In this document: positions 24,179 through 37,800 of the stretch, in pieces
Numbering within the stretch: position 1 is the stretch's first letter
Layout of the letters: every line of letters begins with the position of its first letter
Source of the DNA: Selaginella moellendorffii
Lineage: Eukaryota; Plantae; Lycopodiophyta
DNA: 64,000 nt
Direction: 5' to 3'
Assembly (NCBI RefSeq): GCF_000143415.4
Contig: NW_003314274.1
Coordinates: 1,250,356-1,314,355 of the forward strand
Notes under the pieces: generated by a model
Seen by the model: the letters and a program-made list of their open reading frames with translations, nothing else
The model's database searches: none
Told to the model about the DNA's origin: nothing
Position numbers and translations under genes: made by a program

Positions 24179-27100
24179 TTAATTGAATTTTGCATAAGTA
24201 CATAAAGTTCTGCCTTGCAGAAATTCCTCCACTAGATCTCGAGCGTTCGCTAGGTTCTCCTCCGGTTCCCATGTTGCTTCGCAGTGTGGAAATCCTTTCC
24301 ACTTCACATGGAACTCTCTCACCTCGCGTCCTTGTCGCTTGCTCTTGCGCGCATTGAGGATGGCCTCGACTTCGTATTCCTCTTCCCCTTGGATAACCTC
24401 AGGTAAAGGTCTCACTTGGTCCTTGCGAAGCGGATCCTCAAAGTACGGCTTGAGTAAGTTCACGTGGAACACTGGGTGCATCTTCCCCATCTCTCGAGGA
24501 AGTCGGAGTCGGTAAGCCACTTTACCGATTCGTGCCTCAATTTCATAAGGCCCCGCGAACCTGCTTAAGGAACTCAAGATCAATTCATTTACAGGAATAC
24601 ATGCGTCTTTACCTTTGGGTCAACTTTCGGCTGATCCAGCTTGGTAGTCTGAGGTTCTTGGTGTTCAGCCACACCTTCTCCCCAGCTTGGAACTCCACAT
24701 CCCGACGCTTTTGGTTCGCGTACTTAGTTTGCCTTTGTTGAGCCCGTTCCAAGGAATCCCTCACTAGATTCCAAATGTTGAGTCTTTCCGCCGTGAATGC
24801 CTCCACTGCGGGTAACTCTCCATGATACTCGGCCACGCCGAGTTCCACAGGACCTTCAATAGCTCGCCCATTGATGACTTCCCATGGACTCACCCCGATG
24901 CTTGAGTGTGGTGAGTTGTTATAACACATTTCCGCAAGTCCCAAATGACTTACCCAGTCGGTCTGGTCTCCCGAGACATAGCATCGCAAATAATCCTCCA
25001 GCTGCCTATTCACCCTTTCCGTTTGTCCGTCTGTCAAGAAGTGTTAGTGCCATCAATCTTGACTTAATACCCATTACCTGTCTGTGGGTGATAGGCTGTG
25101 CTGAATTTCAATTTGGTGCGATACTGTTCTAGGAGTGTCCTCCAGAACCTACTAGTGAAGATCTTATCTCGATCTGAGATAATCTCTTCCGGCCTTCCCC
25201 GCACTCGAACCACTTGTTCAAAGAACAGCTTCGCCACACCTTCCGCATCCACGTCCGTTGTGGTGGGTATGAAATGTGCCATCTTTGAAAATCGGTCCAC
25301 CACCACGAATATCGCATCAAACCCCTCGCTTGGGGGTAGTCCCGTGATGAAGTCCATCGTAAGACATTTCCACGGGCGATCTGGAATTGGGATGCTTTGC
25401 AACAAGCCCCCACTAGCCTTAGTCACGGCTTTGACCTGCTGACATGTTGGACATGTCTTTACATAGTCTTGGACGTCCTTAGCCATATCTGGCCAATGGT
25501 ACTTCCTCTTGAGTAAGCCCATCGTCTTGGGCACTCCGCCGTGTCCCGCAAGAGGTCCGTCATGACACTCTTCTAAGGCCACCTTCCTTAGTTCCCCTTC
25601 TGGAACATACACCCTCGTTTGCTTGTAATAAATGAGTCCGTTGCGTTCCGCATAGCCCGTTTTCTCTTCCGTTGGCAGCTCACCTCTCTGGTGAGCTTCC
25701 CGCGCCTCTAGATTCCTCAGCAACACTTCTTGTGCTAGACCATCGTTCTCATATGCTGTCCGCACATCGTCCCAGAAGGTTGCTGTTGCGCTGGATATTG
25801 CCAACTTCAAGCTCGCTTTTCGACTTAGCGCATCCGCCACGATGTTGCTCTTCCCAGGCTTGTACAGAATTTCGCAATCAAACTCGGCCAAGGCATTGGC
25901 CCACCGACCTTGTTTCCCTCTTAGGTCGGGCTGTGACAAGAAGTGTTTCGTCGCCACATTGTCCGTGTAAACCTTGAAGTGTCTCCCAAGGTAGTGTCGC
26001 CACTCCTTGAGTGCCTTGACCACCGCAAACAATTCTTTCTCATGGGCAGGCCACTTCCGTTGAGCCTTGTCCAGCTTCTTCGAGAAGAACGCTACCGGAT
26101 GGTTGTCTTGCTTCAGAACTGCGCCCAACGCAAAGTCCGAAGCATCCGTTTCTACCTCAAAGTCCTTACCAAAGTCTGGCAATGCCAATACGGGAGCCTT
26201 CCTCAACTTCCCTTTGAGGTGGACGAATGCCGCCTCGCATTCTGCTGTCCATACCATCTTCCCTTTTCCTGTTTGGTCCGTTAAGGGCAGGGCTACTCTC
26301 GAATAGTGTCTGATAAACTTTCGATAGTAGTTGCATAGCCCCAGGAACGCCCTCAACTCATGTACATTCGATGGTCGCTCCCATTCCTGGATCGCTTGGA
26401 CCTTCTCCGGGTCCACCTTGAGCCCGTCCTGGCCCACCACATGCCCGAGAAACTTTACCTCTTGTTGAGCAAAGTCACATTTGCTCTCTTTAGCATACAG
26501 CTTGTGTTCCCTTAGTTTCTCAAACACCTTCGCCAAGTGTTCGGCATGCTCTTCTAGCGTCTCGCTATAGATCAGGATGTCGTCGATATAGACGACCACG
26601 AAGTGATCCAGATAGGGTACAAAGACGTGGTTCATTAGCGCCGAAAACGTTGCCGGCGCATTACATAGCCCGAAGGGCATCACCAGAAACTCAAAGCTCC
26701 CATACCTCGTTCGACAGGTTGTCTTCTCGACATCTTCCTCGGCTACCCTGATCTGGTAGTATCCTGACCTTAGGTCAATCCTCGAGAAGTATTTTGCCTT
26801 TCCCAACCTATCGAACAGGTCCTCAATCCTTGGCAAAGGGTACTTGTTCTTCTTTGTATACTTGTTGAGCAAGCGGTAGTCTATGCACATGCGCATAGAT
26901 CCATCTTTCTTTTTCACAAATAACACCGGCGCCCCATACGGCGACTTGCTCAACCTAACATACCCTTTGTCCACCAACTCCTCTAGTTGGCACTTGAGCT
27001 CCTTGAGTTCTTTTTCGTTCAAACGATAAGGGGGACGAACCACTGCCTCAGCACCCTCGACCAGCTCAATCTTATGTTCTATCGGTCGTGCTGGGGGCAG

Positions 27101-28951
27101 CCCCGCCGGTAGCTCCTCCGGCATGGTATCCTGGAATTGGTCCAACACCCGCTGGATCACTAAAGGCACTTCTTCCGTTCTTGTCTTTTTGTCACTCTTC
27201 ACCGAGAGTAAGCACAAAAAGGCTGCCTTAGTTCCTTTAGTGAGTTGTCCTCTCGTGGACACCAGGTTTAAGCAGGATTCTTTGGCCTTGCTTTGCCCTA
27301 CCTTTAGATCCTGGGCTTCCACCCTAGATCTTCTTCCTTGGGCATTCGCCAGTACCACAAGGTTCCTACCTTGTCCATGTAGGGCTACCACGAACCGATT
27401 GAACCAATCCATTCCGAAGATCACGTCAAATCCCGCCATGTCCAACACGGTGAAATCCATGTCTACCTTCCAAGTCCCTACTTCGACTTTCGCTTGTCGA
27501 AGTACCTCATCGGTGCTTTGGCTACCTTGAACAAACTCTATAGTCCTTGGTTCGCCTAGCCGCTGCACCGTTAGTCCGGCTTGCCGGACTATGTCTGCAG
27601 CCACAAAATTATCCGAAGCACCCGTGTCAATAAGGATCTTAACAAAGCTACCTCCGAGCTTCCCTCGGAGGGCTAGTAGATGTCGCGAACGACTCTCTAC
27701 CAAAGTTGCTCGTGTAATGAGTAACTTTGAGTTAGGGACTGGATCACATACCTCATTTTGGACTTCGCCCGACTTGATGGCCATATTGGCTCTGGCCTTC
27801 TTCGGGTAGGGACATTCCCTTGAAAAGTGTCCCGCTTCACCGCAGTTATAGCATACGTTGTTTCCCACGCTGCTATATGACTTGACCTTCTTATCCGTGG
27901 GTTTGTCTCTTTTCGCTTGACTCCCCCACGTACTTGCTCGCTGGCCACCGGATTTGCCTTTCCGAAATCCCGAGGACTCATTCTTAGAGAAACTCTTCTT
28001 GAATTTCCCCCTGCTATATGTTCCCCTCGGTTTGGCCCCTTTGTGAAATGTGGATCCCGACCCCGTCGTGTTCCCCTTTCGCAGGTTATCGTTGAAATGC
28101 ACCTTGATGGCCGCATCCAACGCTTCCTTGTAGTTGGTCGGGTTCCAGCGCATCACCTCACCGCGAGCCCAGGTTTGCAAACCTGATATAAAGGCATGGA
28201 ACGCATCCATATCCCCCATGTCCGTGACAAGTATCCTCTTTGCCATGAACCCATTCACATATTCCTGGATGGTTCCAGTCTGCTTCAGCCTACTCAGCTC
28301 ATCTCTCAGATGCAGAGTGGCATTCGGAGGAACGTATGTCGCGCGGATCCTCGCCTTCATCATGTCCCAGGTGGCCACCGGTCCTTCGTTGGCCTCCGTT
28401 GTTCTCCACCAAGACTTGGCATTATCTGCCAAGTATGGTTTTGCACATGGGACCTTCTCCGAGCTCGGTAACCGTAACGCTCGGAAGTAGTCCTCCATAT
28501 CGTAAAACCAATCCTCCACAACCTTATAGTCGTTCACTCCCTTGAACACCGGTGGGGGCTTTGGTTTGTACTTGGGAACTGCCTGAGGGACTGATTCCAC
28601 TTCGGTCTGTTCGACCTTGTCTGGTTTTGCCTCAGTCCCTGCCGAAGGGTCCGCACCTTCTGCGCTGCCAGCATCCGCAGTCTTTCGCCTTTTCTTCCGT
28701 TTCTCGTCACGCTTTAGCTTGCGTACGAGAGTCTCCAGCAGGGCATTGGTCTGCGCCAATTGACCTTCTAGAACGTCCAATCGAGCCTTGGACGACCGAA
28801 CCTCGCCACCGGACTCCTGTTTGGAAGTTTCCTCACTAGAGTCCTCCTCATGCAAGGATTCCTCATCCATAGCCTCTTGTTCGACCGGAGGCTCCAGCTC
28901 TGGCGGAGGTTCTGTCTCCGCCTGGGTTCGCTTACGCCCTGCCCTTGCCAT
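24179..28951 (-). CDS. Intact gag-pol-chromodomain polyprotein with two predicted introns (25031-25077, 24561-24612)
   Basis: 1295-aa ORF with Gag, [32 protein letters not shown] and integrase. Splicing restores HPQT-DGQTER and KLTQR-FAGPY; chromodomain YEVEAIL...VKWKGF...TWEPEENL follows. Confidence 0.9.
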
Positions 28952-29010
28952 CTCCCAGCAATCCGCCTCTATCCTTCGCTAGAACTGAGGAGAAGGCTCC
29001 GATACCAAAT

Positions 29011-30157
29011 TGTAAGCCACAAATTTTTCCTTTCCAATTTGCCAGCTTACCTCGCCTATCCGACCAACTCCGCCTTGGCTTGTGCTAAGTTCCCTCGCCA
29101 AGGTTCTCGCCTTTGGTGCCAGCTCCTACTTGGTTTCAACTACTTACTGCACGAGCAACGGAGTGTTAGCCATCCATCTACGGATTCCCAAATCTCTCCC
29201 AATCCCCCTCCCCGGGTTAGACTGGACTTAAGGTTCGGCTACACTCCCCGCAGGCACAAGCAGCCAAGCACACCAAGCCTCCAGATTCCTAACACCCCAA
29301 GGTATCACAAGGCTTGATCATGGGACCCTCTAAATCCCAAGCCTTGGGTGCAGCACTTGCTTCGGGACGTCGGGGCGAAACACCGTGGCCTAACGGCCCG
29401 GTATGGGTACCTCTACCCCCCCTCTTCCATCCCGAAGGAAAGGCCCAAGCCCCCGGAAGGGCGAGGACCAATGAGCCACAAGGTACTCAAGTGGGGCACC
29501 ACTCCACCTGAGCCGGGAGCACCGCAATCGGTTTCCCTTTCGGGAGTGGGAGCTGCTCTTGAGCACTTCCTTGGATGGCCCCTCCGGCACCAGCCAAGTC
29601 CATGCTCACTCCCACCCAAGGCCCCTCGGTCCCAGTCCCAACCTCAAGTCGGTTTGGAAGCCCAACTGGAGAGTCCCTTCTAAACTGGTTCCTGGACCTC
29701 ACTATCCCTACTATACTTTTGGAACCCCCTGCAGCCCCCCCCCCCTGGGAGACGCACGCTTTGGGCTTTCACCCCTTGACCCGTATTAGTATTTGGACTT
29801 AGTCTCTGGCTCGATCTCGGACCCGATTTCGGATCCGACTTCGGATTCGGGTTCGGACTCGATCACGGACTCGATCTCGGACCCGATCTCGGACCCGACC
29901 TCGGACTCGACCTCGGACTCGGTCTCGGACCCGATTTCGGATCCGGACTCCGTCTCGAACTCGGTCTCGAACTCGGACTCGAACTCGGTCCCCGAGTCGG
30001 TCTCGGATTCGATTCCGGACTCTATCTCGAACTCGGTCCTAGAGTCGGTCTTGGACTTGATCCTCGACTTGGTCCCATCCGATGAACTCTTTGTCACTTC
30101 GGTCAAGCTTTTGGGGATCCTTTAGCCTACGACATCTCGGGGAGTCGGTTCCTTACA
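29011..30157 (-). repeat. 5' LTR of chromovirus
   Basis: Direct repeat of 22629-23775, followed by PBS tggtatcggagc. Confidence 0.96.
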
Positions 30158-32035
30158 TTGAGATTCTGCTTTGTTTGGATGAGGCTGTGCATTCACCGGG
30201 CGACCAGCCTCGTCGGAATGGCATGAGGCCTCACGTGATAACCCTACCATCTGACGGCCAACATATTCACTGGGATGGCATGGGGCCCCACGCGATACTG
30301 CAAGCCTTTGCTCCTCCTCCAGCTGAACCCTGTATGGGGTTTGATCGACAAGGGCCTTATGCAAGGGTTGGCCGTTCAGCTCAGTCTGCGCACTTTGCAG
30401 AGACCTTAAGTGTTTTGCTAGGGATGCAATCATCATGTTTGCACCCCTGCCACCCCATAGAGGTACAAAGAAGTTCCCATAGTTCTGGGCACCATGCCCA
30501 TGAGCGATTATGCCAAATAGAGACACAGGCAGCTGCATGGATGAAGAGATTGCCTTGGGGGCAGGATTGAGTCGAGGTAAGCACGTCTTTTTCTGGTCCA
30601 TTTTGTCGTGGATGATGCAGAGGTAAGAGTCAGGTCTCTCCATGGAGAGAATCCTATTATGATAATATGCAGTCCTGCAGCTTCTCTGCTTGATGTTGTG
30701 GTCGAGCCGCCTTCTAACCAACGTCTCTCGCTCTTGAGCGCTGCAAGAATTCTTCGACAAAGCCATTTTGATAGCAGTGCACTCGTCACACTTTGAAAAG
30801 CTAGAGTACTTTCCTATACTCACATCCCTGAACCTGTTGCTCCACAATCTACTAAATCTAGATTGGCTCAGCTTCCTGTAGCCATTACTCTGGAGTTCCC
30901 GATTCACATCTTCCAATATGGCCCCCTTGGTATACATGGAAGGGAGAACTCGTTGGGTGTCTCGTGTTCCATCTTCCAAGAGGCGGGTTTTATGTGGTTG
31001 CTGCTCGCTACATGTCTTGACAAACCTCTTGAAAACTGCCTCTCCATATACAACATGACCCCTGGTTTTGTGCGTACTGTCGTTCCCATGGACTGCCTAT
31101 TGAACCCTTTGTTCCTCGAACTCAGTTTTGATTCTGTAGAATGTGGTTCGAGGGACTCCATAAATGATTCTCCATGCCTTCATGCAGACCAAACCCCTCT
31201 GGAAGACCATGCCCCCCACCTGATGTTCTAAAGCATCAACAGATGACCGTAATGCTTCATACACAAAATTGTGAGCTGCCTTCCAGGACAATGTCTTGTA
31301 TTTTGCTCTCTCCTCTTCAATAGCATCCCAATCAGCATGTTGACAGCACCTCTTGCAACAAGCAACTGTCGAGACCATTCGAACCTCCATCGCCATTTTC
31401 TGCCTTTTCGGTTCGTTGCTCAGATCCCTTTGGCTGCGCTGTAGGAAGGTGTACTTTCTTTTCCCATGAAGAGATGTTCTGTCATCAGTTGTAGTGGTGT
31501 TTGATTGTGAATCCTTCACATTCTCAAACACTAAATGCCTCAATTTCCACCGCACAATGCTTCCAATAGTCAGACTGTTTTCTTCTGTGTCAACAACCTC
31601 TAAAATCGCAACTCCAATATCATCCTAGCCCAATTCTTGATTAGCAACTGCATCTCTTGGATCGACAACTGTGGCTAAGCCCTCAGCTACCACCTCCCCC
31701 TTGGGGTTGTTTAGAAACACCTTTGCCTGAATCCATGTAGCATGGATCTTAAGATCCACGGAGGGAACATGCGTCGCACTTGCGCTGTCCCCAACATCTG
31801 CTTTCTTCTGCAGATTTTTCAAGGCAACAACAACATTTACCCCGACGACCATCTCTCCTCGTTCAATAGCGACCACATTCCCATCGAAGACAGTCTCTAC
31901 TGATACAACAGCATTGCCTTCCCCAAGCCTTTGACAGTGTATAACAAAGTTCCGATCCATAGACACAAGGGTCCCTTTTGCAACTCTCTTCCCACCATTC
32001 AAAATGTAAACCTTTTCCCCAACCCTGAAGGCCAT
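30158..32035 (-). pseudogene. Sola-like DDD transposase, N-terminal part (tandem Tnp1/DUF8039-like domains, Cys motifs, first catalytic Asp)
   Basis: ORFs 31625-32035, 31097-31555 and 30122-30979 share one frame across two TAG stops. Motifs CCKRCC, VCMKAW, KCDEC and IIHDKMD. Joins in frame (SQ-GSSCGRCGLPPHLLLQTDN) to 22623 once the LTR element and one TSD are removed. Confidence 0.8.
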
Positions 32036-32389
32036 TCTGAAAGTGCAGAAAAGAAGTTAAGACCATACAAAAAATGATTGGAGAATGGCCTAAATCATAA
32101 CATACCAAATAGCATGAGGCCACATGCCATTATTCAAACATGTTATTGACACCCACGTGAAATTTCGCATTCACAAAATTGGCATGAGGCCTCATGCCAT
32201 CTTGATATACACACAGCTGCAGGCAAGTAAAAACATACATGACAATACGCTAGCCATGAAATTGCAAGGGCCCAAGATGGCATGTGGCCTCATGCCATTT
32301 CTAAATGTGGTCCTAAACCATTCCATGGTGAACATACCAGGAAGCACAAGTGCCAAATATCAAGAGGAAGCGGTAGCCACACCAAAGAC

Positions 32390-32600
32390 AGTGCTACTCG
32401 CAACACCGCAACTACTCGTAGCGCCGCTCGCAACACCGCAACTGCTCGTAGCGCCGCTCGCACAAACTGCCACTCGCATAAACTGCCGCTCACAATGGCA
32501 CTCGCAATGCCGCAACCGCTTGTAGACGCATAAACCACAGCTCACAACGCCGCTTACACAAGCAGCACTCACTGCGCTCAGCGGAACCAAGAACACAGCG
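32390..32600. repeat. CpG-rich 30-bp tandem repeats upstream of the transposase
   Basis: ctcgcaacaccgcaactrctcgtagcgccg repeated about 2.5 times, plus degenerate units. Confidence 0.7.
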
Positions 32601-33321
32601 CACAAAAATGATAGACCTAGGAATGAGTTCGAGAATTCAAAAATAACACACGCTTCAACGTCACATCAAATCCTCTGACAAACCAGATCTTATGATTCCT
32701 CTGACAAATTTCAAACTGAGTAGCTTCTAGACTTTGCTGTCGGAGGTTGAACTTTGTCACATCATGTCCTTGCCTCGATCCAGCTGTGCCATGTCAGTGA
32801 TTCGAACTTTGCCATGCCATGTCAGCGATCCGCGCCAAGATTATTCGCCGTGTAAAGAAATAATTATGCTGTGTGTGTACGTCCATTTATGGCAATATAA
32901 GGCCACACGCCATTCAAAGAATAATGCTAGTCGAGCATTTTTTGGTGCATTTTTGGGTTCAAAATTGCATGAGCCCACACGCTATAAAGTTTACCTGTAC
33001 CAAAAATAGAAACAGCTTTATTTACTTGGGAATTTAAGTGGTTGAGGCATTTTTAAACTTACAAACACATGCCCTACTTACATTCCTTTGGTTGCTTAAA
33101 ATTCAAAAATATTATAAACCTTTCTTTTTGCATTTTCAATGTTTTCAATTATGGTTTTTGATTTTCGCAGGACCAGCCTAGTAATCTATTTGCATCCCGT
33201 CATGTTTATAGCTAGCTTTCGTTTGTCCCCTTCGCTAGCCTGAGATACATCTGCTCGGCATCTGCCTCTTACAGCATTTGCCCAGAAAGGGCATCTTTCT
33301 TCACGCAGCATTTGCCACATG

Positions 33322-33346
33322 TTTAGGGTTAGGGTTTAGGGTTTAG
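33322..33346. repeat. Short plant telomere-like repeat (TTTAGGG / telo-box)
   Basis: tttagggttagggtttagggtttag in the divergent intergenic region. Confidence 0.75.
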
Positions 33347-34828
33347 CAATTCAGTAGCTTGATAAACATGCAAATACAAAACTTGATGCAAAATCCTTTG
33401 ATATGTCACAATGCCCCTAGGACCATAAACACATTTCAATAGAGAGGGTCCTTTCATTTCATAACTCCTTACGTAGATCTTGGTGAAACCAGAGTTAGTG
33501 AAGTTGGTTTCTTGTGATCCCGCATCTGATTGTGATGTCCCTTTGCAGTGTCGATGGAAAGGTCAATGCACACCAAACTGTAAAATCTTGGAGCAAAATA
33601 ACTGTCGGATCTATGGCAAATGCCCCTGAAACATTGTAAGGCTCGTGTGGTTTCATGTGGTGTCCGATTGAGATGCTTCTTTGCAGGGTCATCAAGAAGG
33701 ACATTGTATACCATTCTGTAAAATCTAGTTGCGATCTAACGGTTGGATCTCCAGGAAACTCAAAACAATCTCGGGCGTGTCAGAATATTCTAGGAATATA
33801 CTCCTATGTGCTCCTAAAAATGGCATGCGGCCCCACGCCATTCAAGAGATAACGCCAGATGCCGCCGAGCATTTTTTGGTGCATTTTTTGGGATCAAAAT
33901 TGCATGAGCCCACACGCTTGAACGTCACATCAAATCCTCTGACAATTTATTTAGCTGAACATCTGGCATTTTTGGAAATACAAGATGCTTTGGAATATCC
34001 AATCATGCATGGTATAAATATAGCGAGGGTATTAAATGATATCCCAATCATGATCTTTCTTTTGGATTTCGCATGCATGCAGTCCGAGGAATGATGACGT
34101 TGCGGATTTCTTTTAGATTTCACGCATGCGCGTGGCGATCCAGAAATTAATGGTGGCGCCCAAGTCCGAGGAATGATGATGTGGCGGGATTACCAACCGT
34201 CGTGACATTTCGCACGTGTGAGGTTAGGTTTTGCATTTTGCTTCGTACTCGCGCTCGCATCGCGCTCCCACTTCTCTACAGGTTTCTCGTGTGCATCGAC
34301 GTCCACTCGCACTTGCATCACACTCGCGCTCGCATCGCGCTCGTATGCATCGGCGTCCACTTCAAGACACACCCAGTTTGTAACTTCGCCGCCAACTCCG
34401 CCACCCACACGCAGCCCACTTGGCGTCCCGGGAGATTTCAGCGCCACTCTCCAACTGTAAGTGGCAGAGTAGCCTTGCTGCTACGATCCGCTGCACACAC
34501 AGTGCACATTCGCTAGCGAGTCCGGTTGTCACACCTCCATTCGGCTTCAAATGGTAAGTCTTTTAGGCCAAGTAGAAAATGGCATGAGGCCACATGCCAT
34601 TCAGTAGCAACATTGGCATGCACCGATTGGGCTCTCGAGTGCAGTCAGGTTACAGATGGCGTGTAGCCTCACGCCATCTTAGGATGCAGCCTCAAGACAT
34701 CTGATGCAGTGGTGAATGGCGTGTGGCCTCACGTTATTTCCAGCTGGTAGCTTTTCATCTGTCAGCTCTAATTGTTGTGCATTTCTGAACAGGCGAGGAA
34801 TTGCGTTCTTCTTCCAGCCACTGTCAAT

Positions 34829-37800
34829 ATGGATGCAGAGAAGGGGGAGGAGCTCACCAGTTGGACTTTCGGGATGGAAAGCGAGGATCTGAGGCTGTAC
34901 AACATAGATGGTGGGAGAAAAGAATGCATGGGGATCCTCATCCAAGTGACAGACACTCCATGCAGTTCCATGCAAGAATATGGACTGGCACTTGTGGTAG
35001 AGACAGCGTCTGCCTTCAAGATCCACCTTGCACATCCTAGCGGCTTCCCGGAGGGGGGCAGCGGCTATGAGGAATTCCTAGAGGGAGCTAGGGAGAGGTT
35101 GTCCAGAAGGCCCACAATTTCAAAGACGCTGCAGGTCTATGAAGATCACATGGAATCCACGGACCTCACCTACGGCGATGTTCAAAAACTATATTCCAAC
35201 ATTGAGCCGTTGAGAGTGCCTCTAGTTTGCGAAACGAAGGGGAAGGGGTTCGATCTGGAAACTACCCCGAAGCAGAAAAGGGTGGTCAAGCTCAAGCCGA
35301 CGTCCGACTCTCCTCCAAAAAAGAAGCTACTCGGTGATGCCATTGCCTCGGGTTCGAACACTACACCCACCAAAAAGAAGAGCCACAAAGAGCAGAAAGA
35401 GCAAGAAGAGGCAGCAAAAATCGTCGCAGATAATAGTACTTGTTACTATTCCAACAAAGTATATACAATCGACGTGAGCCATATCAACATCCAAAGCAAA
35501 TACAACCACAGGCTAGTATCTGATGAGTGGGTGGAGAAACTGAAGCAGAAGATGCTGGCAAGTCCAGTAACACCCGACATCGCAGATGTGATCCCCTACT
35601 ACCGAACAATGAAGGGCAAGACGAGGTTTCCAGACTTGATCAATAGGAAGGTGTTGGACGATCAGAACATCCGGTTCTATGCCGTCTCCGGGCAGCATTC
35701 TAGCTTGGCGATGCAAGAGATAGTTGTGGATATTATGGTGGGCGAGGAGATGAAGAAAGTCTTCAAGACAAGAGTTGTCCGCCTGATAAAAGGCAACTCG
35801 CCCCTCCGATCTATCATATACATCTCCCACGCGCAGAATGTCAAGCAAGAAACGTGCTACAAATCGGGTCTGCACGAGACATTGGCACGAACACGGAAAC
35901 TCTGGGTTCAACTGAAGAAGCCACAAAAACCAGGACAAGGACGTGCACTAGCAACTAGCGCCTGGCAGGTAAGCCTCGTTGCATGTGGCATAGCATGTGG
36001 CCTCACGCCATTTCCATTGCAGGAATTCTCGAGTCTTCTCTCGAAAACACTGGGGGTCAATGACACACTCAACATCCATAACATTCTACTCGCGACAAAA
36101 GTTGTTTTTGACAAATGGGTAGATGTGCTGAGGAGGTACCATGACGGAGAGTTGCCAAACTCAATGGGTGTGGAGGACGGCCAGAAGCCCAATGATTTGA
36201 AGCTCAACGCCTTGCGTTTCTCGCGGTCTCTAGACGATGACGACCTTCTGACAGTGGCTAATGCTCTTCTACGTGGTGAGGTAGTCTTCAACAAGACCAA
36301 AATGACTCCCGGCCATATTGTGACATACGAGGACTTGTGCACGACTCTGAGAGCTCGTGTGCTATTGAAGGATTGGATCTTCGAGCAAGTGGCCGTGGAG
36401 AGGGTGAGCATCGACACCACGCAAGAGATGATGGAAGCGCTGGATTTGTCAAATGAAGACATCGACGAGTACGTGAAGGGGGCCCCCAAGTTCATCAATC
36501 TGCTGCGGGATGCCACGAAAAGTAAAGCTGAGAAGTTGGATCAGTATCCAAATTTCATTAAGAGTGATGTCGACCGCCGGCTTCAGAAACAGCTCGACCC
36601 CGCAGCAGAGGCCTATCGAGAACCTTACCGGGTATACTTGAATTCGGATGAGGATCAAAGGTGGAGGAGCATCGTTTCCCGCGGAGATGAGCAGGTCAAG
36701 AACATCTTTTGTGTGATGGACTTCACAAACGAGGAGATCACTCATGCAGACGAAGTCAGCTCTATCATTAACTTAATGGTGGGACTTGCGGAGGTGGAAT
36801 CTTCAGTCCACTATATGATCTACGACTCCGAATCCTATCACAAGTTCTGGAAGGCCTTGAACGAGGTGAAGGCTCGGTTGAAAGGCAAGGAGATGCGGGA
36901 GATCCATGGGATAATGGCTAAGAAGAAGATACCGACGAATGTCTGCATCTTCACACTCGCCCTTGTTATTGGTCCTGCAGCAGAGTGGGACTGGAGTGAC
37001 TTCCCAGCTTCGTTCGACAAGGCCAATCGAATTGATCTGAGGGAGATCAATTTACCCGTGCCTGAGGAACTGAAGACGGCTATGGAGCTTTCGAATCCAA
37101 AGAAAGCTCCAGGTGCAGCATGGGAAATGCTCAGCTGGGTCTTCAACGCAATAGCGGGTGGGTCACCTGCTTCCGACTCCAAGGGCAAATGCGTTGTCGA
37201 GTACAACTGCGGCGGACTATTCTTTCGAGCCGCACTACTCAAGGGTGTCCCGTGTGTTGCGGTGACAAACTCCATTGAAGAGGTGACTTCAATGGAACAT
37301 ATAATTACAGTTGCCAAAGAAAAACAGTATCTTCTCTGCGAACCTGGTGAGTACGCACTTTAAGTTTAAATGTTATCTCACAAGCTCTGTATGTAGGAGC
37401 GTGGCCACCCCCAGATGCTGAAACGGCGTTAACAGCTACTGTTGAAGATACCCATGTTGGGCCGAGCTCACAACCTGCACAAGGTAAGGTCACGTGAGGC
37501 CTCACGCCATTTTGATTATAGATCGTTGTGAATATTCAGACACGAGGACTGAAAAGTGCACTGGTGGCCCGTCGAAGAAGGACAAACAGACAAGAAATAG
37601 GAAAAAAGGAGGTACAAATTATATTTGCAATGGCGTGTGGTCTCATGCCATTCCTTGCAGGAGACACTTCTTCAAAGGCAAAACAGGCAAGCACCAGCCA
37701 AGCTCAAACTGACAGTGGTCATAAAAAGCGAAAGCACGTTGGACAGTCGTCGGGATCAGAGGCATTTGATTCGAAAAGGAAGAAGGGCAACGAAAAGATG

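Larger units (their letters stand above)
22629..30157 (-). mobile_element. Very young chromovirus (Ty3/Gypsy) inserted into the transposase
   Basis: 1147-bp TG...CA LTRs (22629-23775, 29011-30157) differing by only two 1-nt indels by eye, TSD TTGAG (22624-22628 / 30158-30162), iMet PBS 28996-29007, PPT at 23776-23789. Confidence 0.96.

Noticed and set aside
36690-37310. Catalytically active DNA methyltransferase
   Set aside because: No DPPY/NPPY/SPPY motif is visible and the SAM-binding motif is degenerate; kept only as methylase-like.
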